A stretch of DNA of 64,000 bases from Pseudogymnoascus verrucosus. Lineage: Eukaryota. The notes under the pieces were generated by a model. It did no database searches and was not told the DNA's origin. It was given only the letters and a program-made list of their open reading frames with translations. The stretch lies in NCBI GenBank assembly GCA_001662655.1, contig KV460242.1. The stretch is one strand, 5' to 3'. Below are positions 46,123 through 56,888 of the stretch, piece by piece. Both the position numbers and the translations under genes were made by a program. Position 1 is the first letter of the stretch, and every line of letters begins with the position of its first letter.

Positions 46123-48463
46123 TCACTTAAGAACTACCAATTTCACATCCGGTGTCGCGCCTGCCGCCCCCTCGAACGCGCCTCTAACAAGCACCTGCCC
46201 AATCCCCCGCCGCTCTGCAATCCCATCCCTCCACTCGACATGCATGACCTATAGAAGATTCCATGGCTGCCCTGGGGTGGGCATGCGCTCTTTCTCGATT
46301 CCCAAGAGTGCGGAGCCGTAAATGGGGGTTTGGCAGCGCGAGAGGACTATGAGTTCGATTTCGCAGGAGGTGGGTGAAAGGAGGGAGGTGTTGTCGGGGT
46401 GCAAGGAGCCGACTACGGTTCCTGAAACTGAGAGGAGGGGATGGGGGGCATTTCTTGCTGGCTTGGGCGCGGCGAGGGTGAGGCGGAGGCAGATGGTCCA
46501 CGACAGTAAGACGTCATAGTCCGGAAATTTGCTAGGGAAGTTGTGTTGGTGTTGGAGATTTAAGATTGAGGTGTGGAGGACTCACGGTGGCACGGGCAGT
46601 GGGGTGTCCTGGGGTTCATTGCGATCTTGCAATATAAATTCAATTGTTCTTTCCCAAGTCGTGACTCGACGATCGTTTCCTTGCAGTAGCTTTTGGTATT
46701 CTGATATGGCAGTGTTGGGGCGCAGGGCGACAGGCCAATCTCTGCCCAGGAATCTGATGTCTTTCGTATATTCAAGGTTGGCCATGTCTCGCAATTTGCG
46801 AAGATCTTCCGCCAACGCGTCAGTTGCTTCATGCAAGATAAACGGTAGAATATTAAGGGGGGGGGGCGCGAGGACTTACGACATCCGTGGTATGCAATCC
46901 AGCTACGAAATGTATAGCCAAGTTCGAGTGGTCCCAAATCCAGCTTAGTTGCGAGCCGGTTGAACTCAGCCTGAGAGTTAACGGCGTGCATGTGCCATTT
47001 ACTGAAGCATGATTTAGAGGTTCCGCTGGCTGCTGGCGGGTTTTCTATTCTCGAGATTTCTTCGTCCCAAGAAGGTATAGGAAAGCTACTACAGGTAGAG
47101 ATGTCTCTATGCCTCCTCCAAACTTCCACAGTCTCACTGTCGAAGACATGCGGGAATTCTCTTAAAAGTTCGAGCAGATGAGAATTCCGTCCTTGGAGCC
47201 TACCACGCGGATACCCAAGCTGAAGGAGTTTTCCTTGATCGATGGGCGTTTGAAACAGATTCCACTCCGCGATTTCATTACGTTTTAGCCACCTAAAGAT
47301 GTTAGACATACCTTGTGTTCGCCGCCCATCTCCGTCGTAGCAGATCAGATTCTCTCGCGGCCACTTGAGTTCTCCTGCCCAGCCCGCCCACGAAAAACTC
47401 GCAAACTCATGTCGGCGGCGAAGGTTGCTACCAGGTGACGTGAACAACATGAACGCGTTGATATAGAATGCGGGAAGGCCTTCCGCGGAAGGGGTTTCCA
47501 TCCCCCCGAACAGGGTCTGAAGAAGTCCATAAAAGGCACGTATTGCATCGCCATCGTAACGCAGCTCTCGGCGGGAATACTCCTCGAAAAGTTCTACGTA
47601 TGCCGCTAGGGATGGTAATGCGCCATCTGACGGACCGGGAAGACCGCAGATGCGTGGCTCGTTGGTGCCGCACTCGACTAAACTGGGCAGTTTGTCTGTC
47701 GAAGATGTTTCATCCCAGCTCGCCGCCTGGCAACGGAAGAAGAGTCGATTGTCGACGAAGATGAGGGCTCTTTGGGACAGGGTAAGTTCTTGTAGAGTCC
47801 AGGCCCGTTTGCTATACTCCGATTTCGACAGCCTCGTTTTTAAGTCGATTCCAACCTCGAAACTCTGTGGTACCATCAGTTCTTTAGTATCTAACCCAAG
47901 TCCCCAGAGGCCGGCATTCGCATCGGTTCCCGAAGCGGCTATAATGTTAAAGTATGAGCCTTGAAAAACAGAGTTCATCAATCTAATGCCGAGAGCAATA
48001 TCGCCTTCGTTGTCGTTTATGAGGCACAGGGAATCAACCCAGAGATATCTCTCGCCGATAGCTTGCACGAGGTCAATGGCATCATTGATAGTCTTTGGGA
48101 GGTCCGGTCGAACTCTCTCTAGATACCCTTCTACATATAGCAGCTCGGCGTTGTCATTCCTCAGCGTGAACATAGACGGCAGATTACAGACATAGCTCAG
48201 CGCAATATATCTGTCACCAAGGCGAGCATCTTTGACACATTCCAACTCAACATCAATTAGTCTAAAATTTGACTGTACTTCCTCGCGAAATTGGAAAGTT
48301 ATTTCTCCTCTCTTGAAATCAGATATTAGAAAATGATAGGTAGATATTAGGGGATAGAGGCACTAACTACCAGAGGATTGTTGTCTGGCAAGTCATAACA
48401 TCCCTCGTGATCACGATCGCATGTCTGTAGCCAGTCTTTGATTCGAGATGCTGAAAACTCCAT
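46123..48463 (-). CDS. HET-domain protein with introns; premature TAG at 46251-46249
   Basis: IKDWLQTCDRDHEGC, FRLIDV, YIALSYV, LPKTINDAI, YLWVDSLCL, RAWTLQE, FASFSWAGW, C-terminal VEWRDGIAERRGIG. Exact 3' exon boundaries uncertain. Confidence 0.85.
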
Positions 48464-48717
48464 TCTGATCGATGTGATTGTAAGCGTGGCAATGGGTGAT
48501 GACGTTGATGTTGGTTGCAAGATTGATGAGGTGATTGTCTCATATTATATATGCACTTGGGCCCCTAAATTAATTATAAGACCACAAAATACAAAGATGG
48601 CACCACCCACGATGGATAAGGTATTGGAATACTCATACATCCCAAAAGGCTTCGCAGGGACTGTTAATTATTAGATTTATTAACACTGCTCTAGAGATCG
48701 GTGGGCTTGTTACGGAC

Positions 48718-50004
48718 TCAGGCGCGAGTAGGAGGTGATAGACCAGTGACTGGGTGCCCCTTCAACCATTCTACAGCTGTGCACCTTCCATACCCCAGGG
48801 AAGGATCGACGCCCTTTTCAAGCAAAGTCTTCACCATGCGCTCATTCCCAATTCGTACTGCTAGCTTCATCGGCGTGTCCCCGCGTATATTCTCACTTTT
48901 AGGATCCGCTCCGTTTTCAAGCAAGATCTTGACGATTCCTTCATCCCCGGAATCCACAGCTAGGTGAAGGCTTGTCCAGGATTCATCCTCTGATATATTT
49001 GGATCCGCTCCGTGCCTAAGTAGTAATCTCACTTTGTTTGTTGAGCGGTTCTTCACGGCAACATGAAGAGGGGTCCACATATCGCTATTTTGCGCATTGG
49101 GCTCCAGTCGCCTTTCGAGTAAAACGCTCAGCACCTCATCCCCTATATTTTCGACAGCTGTGTGCAATAACGTATTGCGAGATTCATAAACACCCTTCGG
49201 GTCGGCGCCATTCTCCAATAATAACTTCACTGTATCAGCTTTCCCACTAGCCACAGCGATGAATAGCACCGTCATCCCACAGGCAGTGACTGCGTTGGCA
49301 TCGGCACCGCCCTTAAGCATTAGTCGAGGTATTTTGACATTTCGATATCTCGCAGTGACATGGAGGGCTGTCCAACCGAAGATATCCAGAGCGGTAAGAT
49401 CCGCACCGCCCTCAAGCCAGCGCTCGGCCAGTTCATCAGGACCTTCTTCTACTACACGATGGATGTCTTCCTCGCCGCCGTGCCTCCAAGGTATCCTCGG
49501 CGCAGGAACTCCGGTAGCTGCATTAGACCTCAGTTGCACGCGTATGTACTTCCGTTCCGACTTCTTTTCATCTGGATTCACATGCTGCGGCTGCCGCTGA
49601 GACGCACTATTCTCAACCCGTTCTTTAAAGACCACCGCCCGCCACATATGCGCCCTGCCAATCTCCCCTCCGGGATCAGAAGCAATTGCTTCAAACTTAT
49701 AGAGCGTGCCCTCTAGCCCCAGAAAGCGCGCAGTTGCTGTCACCTGAGCACCAAGAGGCGTCGCAGCTAAATGAGCGATATCGGATCGCGTTGCTACAGA
49801 TGTCTGCGCGCCTGAAAGGTGTGGCGTGAGAACTCGGGCACTGGCTATTTCCATTAGGGAAAGCATGTTTGCCGTGGCTAATACGTCTGGGAAGCAGACA
49901 TCACGGCTGTGGGCGATATTGGAGGCGAGATCGCTGGGTGTGACTTTGGAGGTGGCAGTAGCTACTGTATCCACGACTAGATTGTCGAGGCTGGGGGGTG
50001 TCAT
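48718..50004 (-). CDS. FlK-like hot-dog thioesterase fused to ankyrin repeats
   Basis: VLATANMLSLME...TSV...HLAATPLG...GEIG..RAVV followed by about six ankyrin repeats (GWTALH, WTPLH, GDTPM, LLENGADP) in one uninterrupted frame; first ATG at 50004. Confidence 0.85.
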   Translation of the reverse strand: MTPPSLDNLVVDTVATATSKVTPSDLASNIAHSRDVCFPDVLATANMLSLMEIASARVLTPHLSGAQTSVATRSDIAHLAATPLGAQVTATARFLGLEGTLYKFEAIASDPGGEIGRAHMWRAVVFKERVENSASQRQPQHVNPDEKKSERKYIRVQLRSNAATGVPAPRIPWRHGGEEDIHRVVEEGPDELAERWLEGGADLTALDIFGWTALHVTARYRNVKIPRLMLKGGADANAVTACGMTVLFIAVASGKADTVKLLLENGADPKGVYESRNTLLHTAVENIGDEVLSVLLERRLEPNAQNSDMWTPLHVAVKNRSTNKVRLLLRHGADPNISEDESWTSLHLAVDSGDEGIVKILLENGADPKSENIRGDTPMKLAVRIGNERMVKTLLEKGVDPSLGYGRCTAVEWLKGHPVTGLSPPTRA

Positions 50005-50384
50005 TATTCCCGCTGATTCGATGGTAAGCAATGCATGAAGATAATTTCAGGTTTAGAGTTTGAAGGAGAAAATAGGAAATGTTGGCGATTTCTTTGGAGA
50101 CAACAACAGCGTGAGTTCGCATATTCTCAAAATGGAAATGCGCAGCATGAGGCGCAGCAAAGTGCCAGCCACAAATGATTTCTTATTATGCCTCACACCA
50201 CTCGCTTGGGACCGACAATTTTGCCAGCCCATTATAGTGATTTGTAGCCATAAGTCTATTATCACATTAGCAATGGTGTATTTGTTGGCACGAAATATTT
50301 AATAAGGGCTTCCACGATTAGTCCGAAAGAAATATAGAGTAATTACACGGCTCCCTAGTTTGGCCTTAACCAAAGAAAGGCAAT

Positions 50385-51146
50385 ATGGCGGGATTAAGCT
50401 TGAGGACGATTCCCAAAGTATCTAAAATCATAGTAGTCGGCGAGAAAGGTGTTGGCAAAACAAAAATAATCGACCAGGTACGTATCACCAGATCCTCCCA
50501 TGACCCTGCACCACCAAAGCTAACCTCTCCTCCCAAGTTCATCCTAAACACCTTCATCGAAGACCACGACGGCCTAATATGGACCAACTACAGGAAACAA
50601 ATCGTCCTCGACGACCGCGTCGCCTTCCTCGACGTCTCAGATACTATCACCCCCACCGACGCCGAGATGGAGCAGTACTTGCGCGCGGGATGGGAGCACC
50701 AGATCCGTCATGCGGATGCTGCGCTGCTGGTGTACTCGATTACGTCGCGGGAGAGCTTCGTGAGGGTTACTGCGCTGAGGGATGAGATGCTTGGGGTTCC
50801 GGCTGAGATGGGGGAGGATGGAGGGGGTGGTGAGGTGGTAGGGGAAGCGAGGGTGAGGCCGATCCAGATTGGTTTGGTGGGGAATAAATCGGATCGGAGT
50901 GCTGACAGAGAGGTCTCAGTCAATGAAGGCGTTGAGCTTGCGAAGAGTCTGGGTTGTGGTTTTGTTGAGACGTCTGCTAAGGAGGGGTATAATATTGACA
51001 AGGCTTTTCATGACCTTGTTCGTGCTATTGATAGGGGACAAGGGAACGAGAAGCAGTGCAAAGATCAGGGGTCTGCGGCAGCTGTGGGTGGATTTCGCGG
51101 GAGGCTAGGGCGCCTTGCACGCTCACTTCGGCTTAAGAAAAACTAA
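50385..51146 (+). CDS. Atypical Ras-family small GTPase (in-frame intron 50478-50537)
   Basis: GEKGVGKT, YRKQIVLD, LVYSITSRESF, LVGNKSD, FVETSAK; G2/G3 degenerate, no CAAX. Confidence 0.88.
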   Translation: MAGLSLRTIPKVSKIIVVGEKGVGKTKIIDQVRITRSSHDPAPPKLTSPPKFILNTFIEDHDGLIWTNYRKQIVLDDRVAFLDVSDTITPTDAEMEQYLRAGWEHQIRHADAALLVYSITSRESFVRVTALRDEMLGVPAEMGEDGGGGEVVGEARVRPIQIGLVGNKSDRSADREVSVNEGVELAKSLGCGFVETSAKEGYNIDKAFHDLVRAIDRGQGNEKQCKDQGSAAAVGGFRGRLGRLARSLRLKKN

Positions 51147-51175
51147 GAATATAAATATAGTATGTTCTTTCTATA

Positions 51176-53014
51176 ACGTAGTGTATGGCCTAATGCGCCA
51201 TATGGCCTAATGCGCCAGTAAATCCGACCCCACTACCTTTAAATTATAACAACTTTCGCAATGCATCCTACCAACCGTTCAAAATCATCGCGTTATGAAG
51301 CTGATATCCAGGACGCTATCCAGTCACTAAAAGACGGCAGCTTTTCGTCCGTTCGTGCCGCTGCCTACCACTTTAAAGTCTCACGCGATACCCTTCGTCG
51401 AAGAATGGCTAGAGGTAACTCACGAGCCTAGGCTCGCGAGATAAATCAGATTCTTTCAAATGTAGAAGAGAAGACTTTAGTACGATGGATTACGCGTTAT
51501 ACACGTGCTGGATCGCTAATGACACCTTTGCTACTAAAGGAGTTGGCTGAATTGATTCGACGTCAACGCGTTAGACGCGTCTCAGGAAATGAAGCCGTCG
51601 TTAACACAACTCCTCTAATTGGCCACGAATGGCTCTATCGCTTTCAGAATCGGCACCCAACGGTTTAGGGTATCTATGCTCGCTAAATGCAGAATGCACG
51701 ATCTAATGGAGCTTCCTACGAGGTGATTAAGTGCTGGTTTAATGCAGTTGTAGCGCAACTACAGGAACATTCATACGAAGTGCAGAACATCTGGAACATA
51801 GACGAGTTAGGGTTTAGTGTTAGAGAAAGCTAGACGACACGGGTCCTTGTTCTAGCTAACTTAAACCAAAAGCATAAGAGCGTAGTAGGCAAACAAGAGT
51901 GGGTAACTGATATTGAATGCATTAATACAGCTAGCGTATCGTTAACGCTAATGATTATCTTTAAAGCCAAAAATCTAAACTCTAGCTAGCTACCTTCTAA
52001 AACTCCTTCTAGCTGGCATTTTGCAGTTAGTAAGAATGGCTAGACATCTAATGATCTTGGTTTACATTAGCTAATAAAGGTATTTGAGCCTCAAACACGA
52101 GAAATAGCAGGGAACTAACGCTGATTGTTAATTGTAGATGGCCACGGAAGTCACATACGAGCTGATTTCATTGCATACTATATAGAGAACAGTATTGACT
52201 TGCTTATAATGCCTCCACATTACTCGCATCTTCTTCAACTGCTTAACGTTAGAGTGTTCTTAGCATTTAAGCGTGCGCATGCAAGAGAGACAGACGCCAT
52301 CTCCTAACATAGTTCACACCAGATCCTACGTGCTAAATGGATGCAAATGTTTATCTAGGCTCGTAAGAAGGCCGTTACGTTAGATAACATTCTTAGTGGA
52401 TAGAGAGGATTAGGTTTAATGCCTTTAAACCTACAAAAGATACTCAATCAGCTTGCAGCTCAACCTACTCCCGTCCTCGAAAAGCCACATACACTACCTA
52501 ACTAAGACAACCTAGACTTCTCGCTACTTAAGAGCTCACCTCTAGATGGGACTAAGCTACGGGAGTCAAATGTACTTTTGAATTCAGTGCTTGCACAAGT
52601 GCCAGGCCTTACATCACCCGCAAAGCGATATATAGACCGGGTCACCTGCATGGCCGAAACACAAAATACTGAGCTCCTTATTCTCTGTAAGCAGCTACAA
52701 GAGAAAGAAGAATTACTACAGGCACGAAAGGCTCATAAAAGAGGGAAAAGAGTTAGATTGGAAGGCACGTTCGTCTATAGTACACAAGATGTGTTAGATG
52801 TTGCGCGAGAGGTGGAGACTAAGCTAGTTGCAAAACGACCCCGTGGGCGCCCACGCAAGCGCCCTGTTGAGGAAGTTGAGGAGGAAGAGGATGCAGAGGT
52901 ACTAGGCAACTCATCGTCAGCATCAGATAACGAGTTGGTTGATTATGTAGCACGCAGAACACGATCAAAGAGGGTGGGGTCGGATTTACTGGCGCATTAG
53001 GCCATACACTACGT
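51176..53014 (+). mobile_element. Fot1/pogo DNA transposon of a different family, RIP-inactivated
   Basis: Termini ACGTAGTGTATGGCCTAATGCGCCA...GTAAATCCGACCCCAC inverted at both ends, TA flanks; LIVDGHGSH, MPPHYSHLLQLLNV; many stops. Confidence 0.95.
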
Positions 53015-53105
53015 TATGTGAGAAAGTCTAAATAGGACGATATGTACCAGATCATACACTTCATAGAAACACCTGCTCCCCCTCAACGCTCCCCACTCCA
53101 CCCAC

Positions 53106-54586
53106 TCAAAGCTTCGCATTCGCAGCCTCCAAATCCTTCAACTTCTTTTGGAAGTTCTTAACCATCTGCCTCACCGACAAATCAAGCATAACATCCTCCG
53201 AGCCACCCGGAATCCTAATACCCGGGATCTCCCTGTAGATACGCTCAACATTCGCACCCTGTCCCGACTGGGTGTATCCATTTCCACCAAACAGCAGCAC
53301 AGCCGTCGACGCGCACTGCTCTATCACCAGACCCGACTGGGCCTTAGCCAGCGCCGTAAGCCCGCCCAACTCACGGTTCGCATCCGCGTGATTAAGTTTG
53401 GTCATTTGGTAGACGATATTCTCAACCCAAGCATAGTGGCTCTCGAGAACCGCACCAGCCTTAGCAAGACGATGTCTAACAACAGGTTGATCCATGAGAG
53501 GCTTCCCGAACGCCTCGCGCTTGAGGCAGTACTCGAATGCGGCGCTGAGAGCGACGCGCGACTGGCGGTTGACGCCGATGGCGATGGTGAGGCGCTCGTG
53601 GTTGAAGTTTTGCATGATGTAGATCATGCCCATGCCCTCTATGCCGATGAGGTTCTCGACGGGGACCTGCACGTCGTCGAGGTCGATGTAGGTGGTTCCG
53701 GAGGCTCTGCCGCCGCCGACGTGGATGCGGGTCATGTTGACGCCCTTGGCTTTGAGGGGGACGACGAGCATAGAGAGGCCGGCGGCGCCGGGGCCGCCGG
53801 TGCGGACGGCCATGGAGGCGTAGTCGGAGAAGATGCCGTTGGTGATCCTGGGGTATACTTAGCTACTGTTTATGCTTACAGGTGGGGGAGAGGGTTCACA
53901 TACCACTTCTTGGCACCGTTAACGATGTAGTGCTTTCCATCCGCAGATTTCACGGCGGTGGTCTCGATGTTGGCGACATCGGAACCTGCTCCGGGCTCGG
54001 TGATGGCGATACAGATGCGGATCTTGCCGGTGACGAGAGGTCCGACGAAGCGGTCGCGCAGCTGCTTGTTGCCGAACTTGATGATGGGAGGAAGACCGAA
54101 GGCGAATCCAACGGTGACGGATCCTGCAGGGCCGCCAGTTCCACATCGTGAGAGCTGAGGTCGTTAGATAGAGCATAAAAGATGGGGCGGTGGGGAAGCT
54201 TACCTCGTCGACGTAGATGGAGGTGTGCAGGTAGTCGTAGTCCTCTACCTTCAGTCCACCGGCGAGCTCGTGGATGCCAACGCTCTTGAGCGCCTCAATT
54301 GGTAGCGGCGCAGACAGGTTGGGGATCAGCATGTTGTTGTCCGCGAAGGTTTTGTAGAGCGTTGCTGCCTTTCATTAGCGGATCTCTAATGAATTTGGAG
54401 CAATTGGTACCTACGTGGCGCATCACCAGCGGCCTCCCAGTCTCCCGCATATGGGAGCATAACACGGTCAACGAACGCGCGCACCGTCTTCTGCCATTTG
54501 CGGTGAGAATCATTGTAGTAGGCGCTGGGGAGGCCGTTCAACCACGGGGGCTCAGCGAAGGGAACTGCGACTGTGGAGGTGGACAT
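53106..54586 (-). CDS. Acyl-CoA dehydrogenase, several introns
   Basis: VPFAEPPWLNGLPSAYY, ICIAITEPGAGSDVA, YIVNGAKKWITNG, NFNHERL, KREAFGKPL, GGNGY, IPGGSEDVM. Confidence 0.93.
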
Positions 54587-55056
54587 TTTTGCGGGGATTG
54601 TGATAAACAGGGATTTAGTGAGGGAGAAAGAGTGAAAGTGACGCTGCCGTGGTATTTAATAGAAGAATAAACGGAAGTCACGGCTCGGGTATCTTAAGAA
54701 TTGCACAAGTATTAAACAGTTTGAAGGGCAGTCAATTGAAGGACATAAAGGTGGAGATGCATCGGAATAAGCTCAGGATAGCTCTAAATACAGTAAATAT
54801 AGTAATGCGCGCTGACTCCAATTCCAGTATTCCCGAGGCTGCGGGGTAATTGCCGCGGCCGAAAGTAGTCTTGGTACCCCATTGTGTGGGGAAAAGCAGG
54901 TGCATCGTCACGTGTTTGTTTGAGTTCCCGCTCGGTTGTCACTCGGCTAAATAGCCTAATGGGACAGGAATTGAAACACTAAAAATAAAAATAAAAAAAT
55001 AACCAAAAAAAATTGTTTGGTGTGGTGGAATCAAACCACCTACGTTTTCAATCTCC

Positions 55057-55157
55057 TGGCGGAACTGGGAATCGAACCCAGATTGAAACGGGATTGTATG
55101 TTACAACGGGTGAGCGTTATACCACAACGTCACGTGCTACCATTACACCATTCCACC
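55057..55157 (-). tRNA. tRNA-His (GUG) with ~29 nt intron
   Basis: GGTGGAA-TGGTGTAATGGTAGCAC-GTGACGTTGTGG[intron]CCGTTTCAAT-CTGGGTTCGATTCCCAG-TTCCGCCA; stems pair, A and B boxes present, oligo-T downstream. Confidence 0.9.
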
Positions 55158-55570
55158 ATCTTAGATGGAAGGAGATTATTGATGAGAGCAGCCGTAAAGG
55201 ACATTATATACCCTTGGAGAGGTTGCACGTGATTATCGACGACAACACAGCGAGTTGGATACTGGACAACAACGAATTAACGTCAACGTCCAGAGGGGTT
55301 CAATATATCACTGGTATTCTATCAATTGCGAAGAATACAGATATATTGACTCGTCTCTGAGACAATACCAGGCATCCGTATTGAGTCTACGCAACAAAGA
55401 TCACCATCTTATATCTTGTCGCCAAAACAACTACCCCTCCATCAACCTCCACCGCCAACACTCCAACATCAACAAAATATCAACAAAACACCCTCACCAC
55501 ACGCAAACCATACGCAAATCACAAAAACAGACACCTCACCCCATCACACCACGCCTCACCACCACCAACA

Positions 55571-56335
55571 ATGCCCAAACCCAAACCCCCCTCCACCCCC
55601 TCCATCCCCCAAACCCCCTCCTTCCCCCCCTCCCTCCCCCCCTCCCTAGCCTCCCCCCTCCCCCTCCCCACCCTCATAGTCTTCGACCTCGACTACACCC
55701 TCTGGCCCTTCTGGGTAGACACGCACGCCTCCCCCCCCCTCAAGCCGCTCCTCTCCTCCACCACCCCCCCCTACACGCACGCCGCGCGCGACAAGCACGG
55801 CGAGGAATTCAGTTTCTACCCGCATGTGCCGGCGATTCTGGCGGCGCTGGATGCGCATCCGAGGGTTAGGGTGGGTGTGGCGAGTCGGACGGGGGCGCCG
55901 GAGGTGGCGAGGGATTTGTTGAGGATGTTGCAGATTCCGTGGTTTGATGTACCTGTCCCTGCACCTCTTGATGGATCCACCACCGACGACGCCTCCTCGT
56001 CTGGTTCAACATCCAAAAAAGCTCGGGAGAAAGAAAAAGCTAGGGAAAAGGCGTTAAACAAAGAGAGAGGCGCGGGAAGGGGGAAGGCTCGGAAAGCGAT
56101 CGAGTTTCTCGGACACATGGAGATTTATCCGGGGAGTAAGAAGAAGCATTTTACGCGGTTGAGGGAGACGACGGGGGTGGAGTTTGGGGAGATGTTGTTT
56201 TTTGATGATGAGAAGAGGAATAGGGAGGTGGAGGAGTTGGGGGTTACGATGTGGTGGGTTCCGGATGGGTTGGATGGGGGGGAGTTTGAGAGGGGGGTGG
56301 GGGAGTGGAGGAGGAGGAGGGGGGTGGTGTGTTAG
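55571..56335 (+). CDS. MDP1: Magnesium-dependent phosphatase 1 (HAD family)
   Basis: VFDLDYTLWPFWVDTH, VASRT, EIYPGSKKKHF, MLFFDDEKRN. Confidence 0.92.
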   Translation: MPKPKPPSTPSIPQTPSFPPSLPPSLASPLPLPTLIVFDLDYTLWPFWVDTHASPPLKPLLSSTTPPYTHAARDKHGEEFSFYPHVPAILAALDAHPRVRVGVASRTGAPEVARDLLRMLQIPWFDVPVPAPLDGSTTDDASSSGSTSKKAREKEKAREKALNKERGAGRGKARKAIEFLGHMEIYPGSKKKHFTRLRETTGVEFGEMLFFDDEKRNREVEELGVTMWWVPDGLDGGEFERGVGEWRRRRGVVC

Positions 56336-56888
56336 TTGTGTGGAGGGGGAGGGGGGTGGATGGATGTGCGTGTGGTTTTTTGTTGGTGTTTATAGAGAGC
56401 ATCTTGTATCTACGGCTTAGATCATGGCGACCACAGCGAATTCACGGCACAAAGCGATAGCGAGAAGCATATTGGAGCGAAGTCAAGGAATAAAGCGATA
56501 GCGAGAAGCATATTGGAATAATGAAGAGGTATTATAACTAGTCTAAACACAAGGCCTTAGCCAATGCTTGATAAATACAAAGATGCCATCCAAACAACAC
56601 ACTACAGCTTGTCGACGACCTTAAGCTTCGAGATGTTCAGAAATCAATACAGCATAATATCGACACCACCCTGAAGATAGTCTAGATCAGGTGCTGAATT
56701 GACTCGCTGACGCTTAGGTCGGGTATCTCGTCTACTATCGTCGCTCATATATGCTGTACACCCCATCCATCCATCCGTCATCCTACAAAAAATCCCCCAA
56801 ATAAATATCAAAACATGCTCCCAAAAAGTAAAACATGCTCGCTGTCGAAAATAATAGCACACAATCCCTCTCATCTTCCTCATCTTCC

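Noticed and set aside
50478..50537. Apparent 20 aa insertion after the Ras P-loop helix
   Set aside because: 60 nt in-frame intron (GTACGT..GCTAAC..AAG).
12130..53014. Starship giant transposon
   Set aside because: No DUF3435 tyrosine-recombinase captain or typical Starship accessory genes seen; boundaries are better explained by the duplicated kinase tail.
53148..53930. 260 aa plus-strand ORF
   Set aside because: Antisense shadow of the acyl-CoA dehydrogenase caused by biased codon usage.
56450..56520. 26 bp direct repeat AAAGCGATAGCGAGAAGCATATTGGA in MDP1 3' flank
   Set aside because: Simple local duplication with no sign of function.
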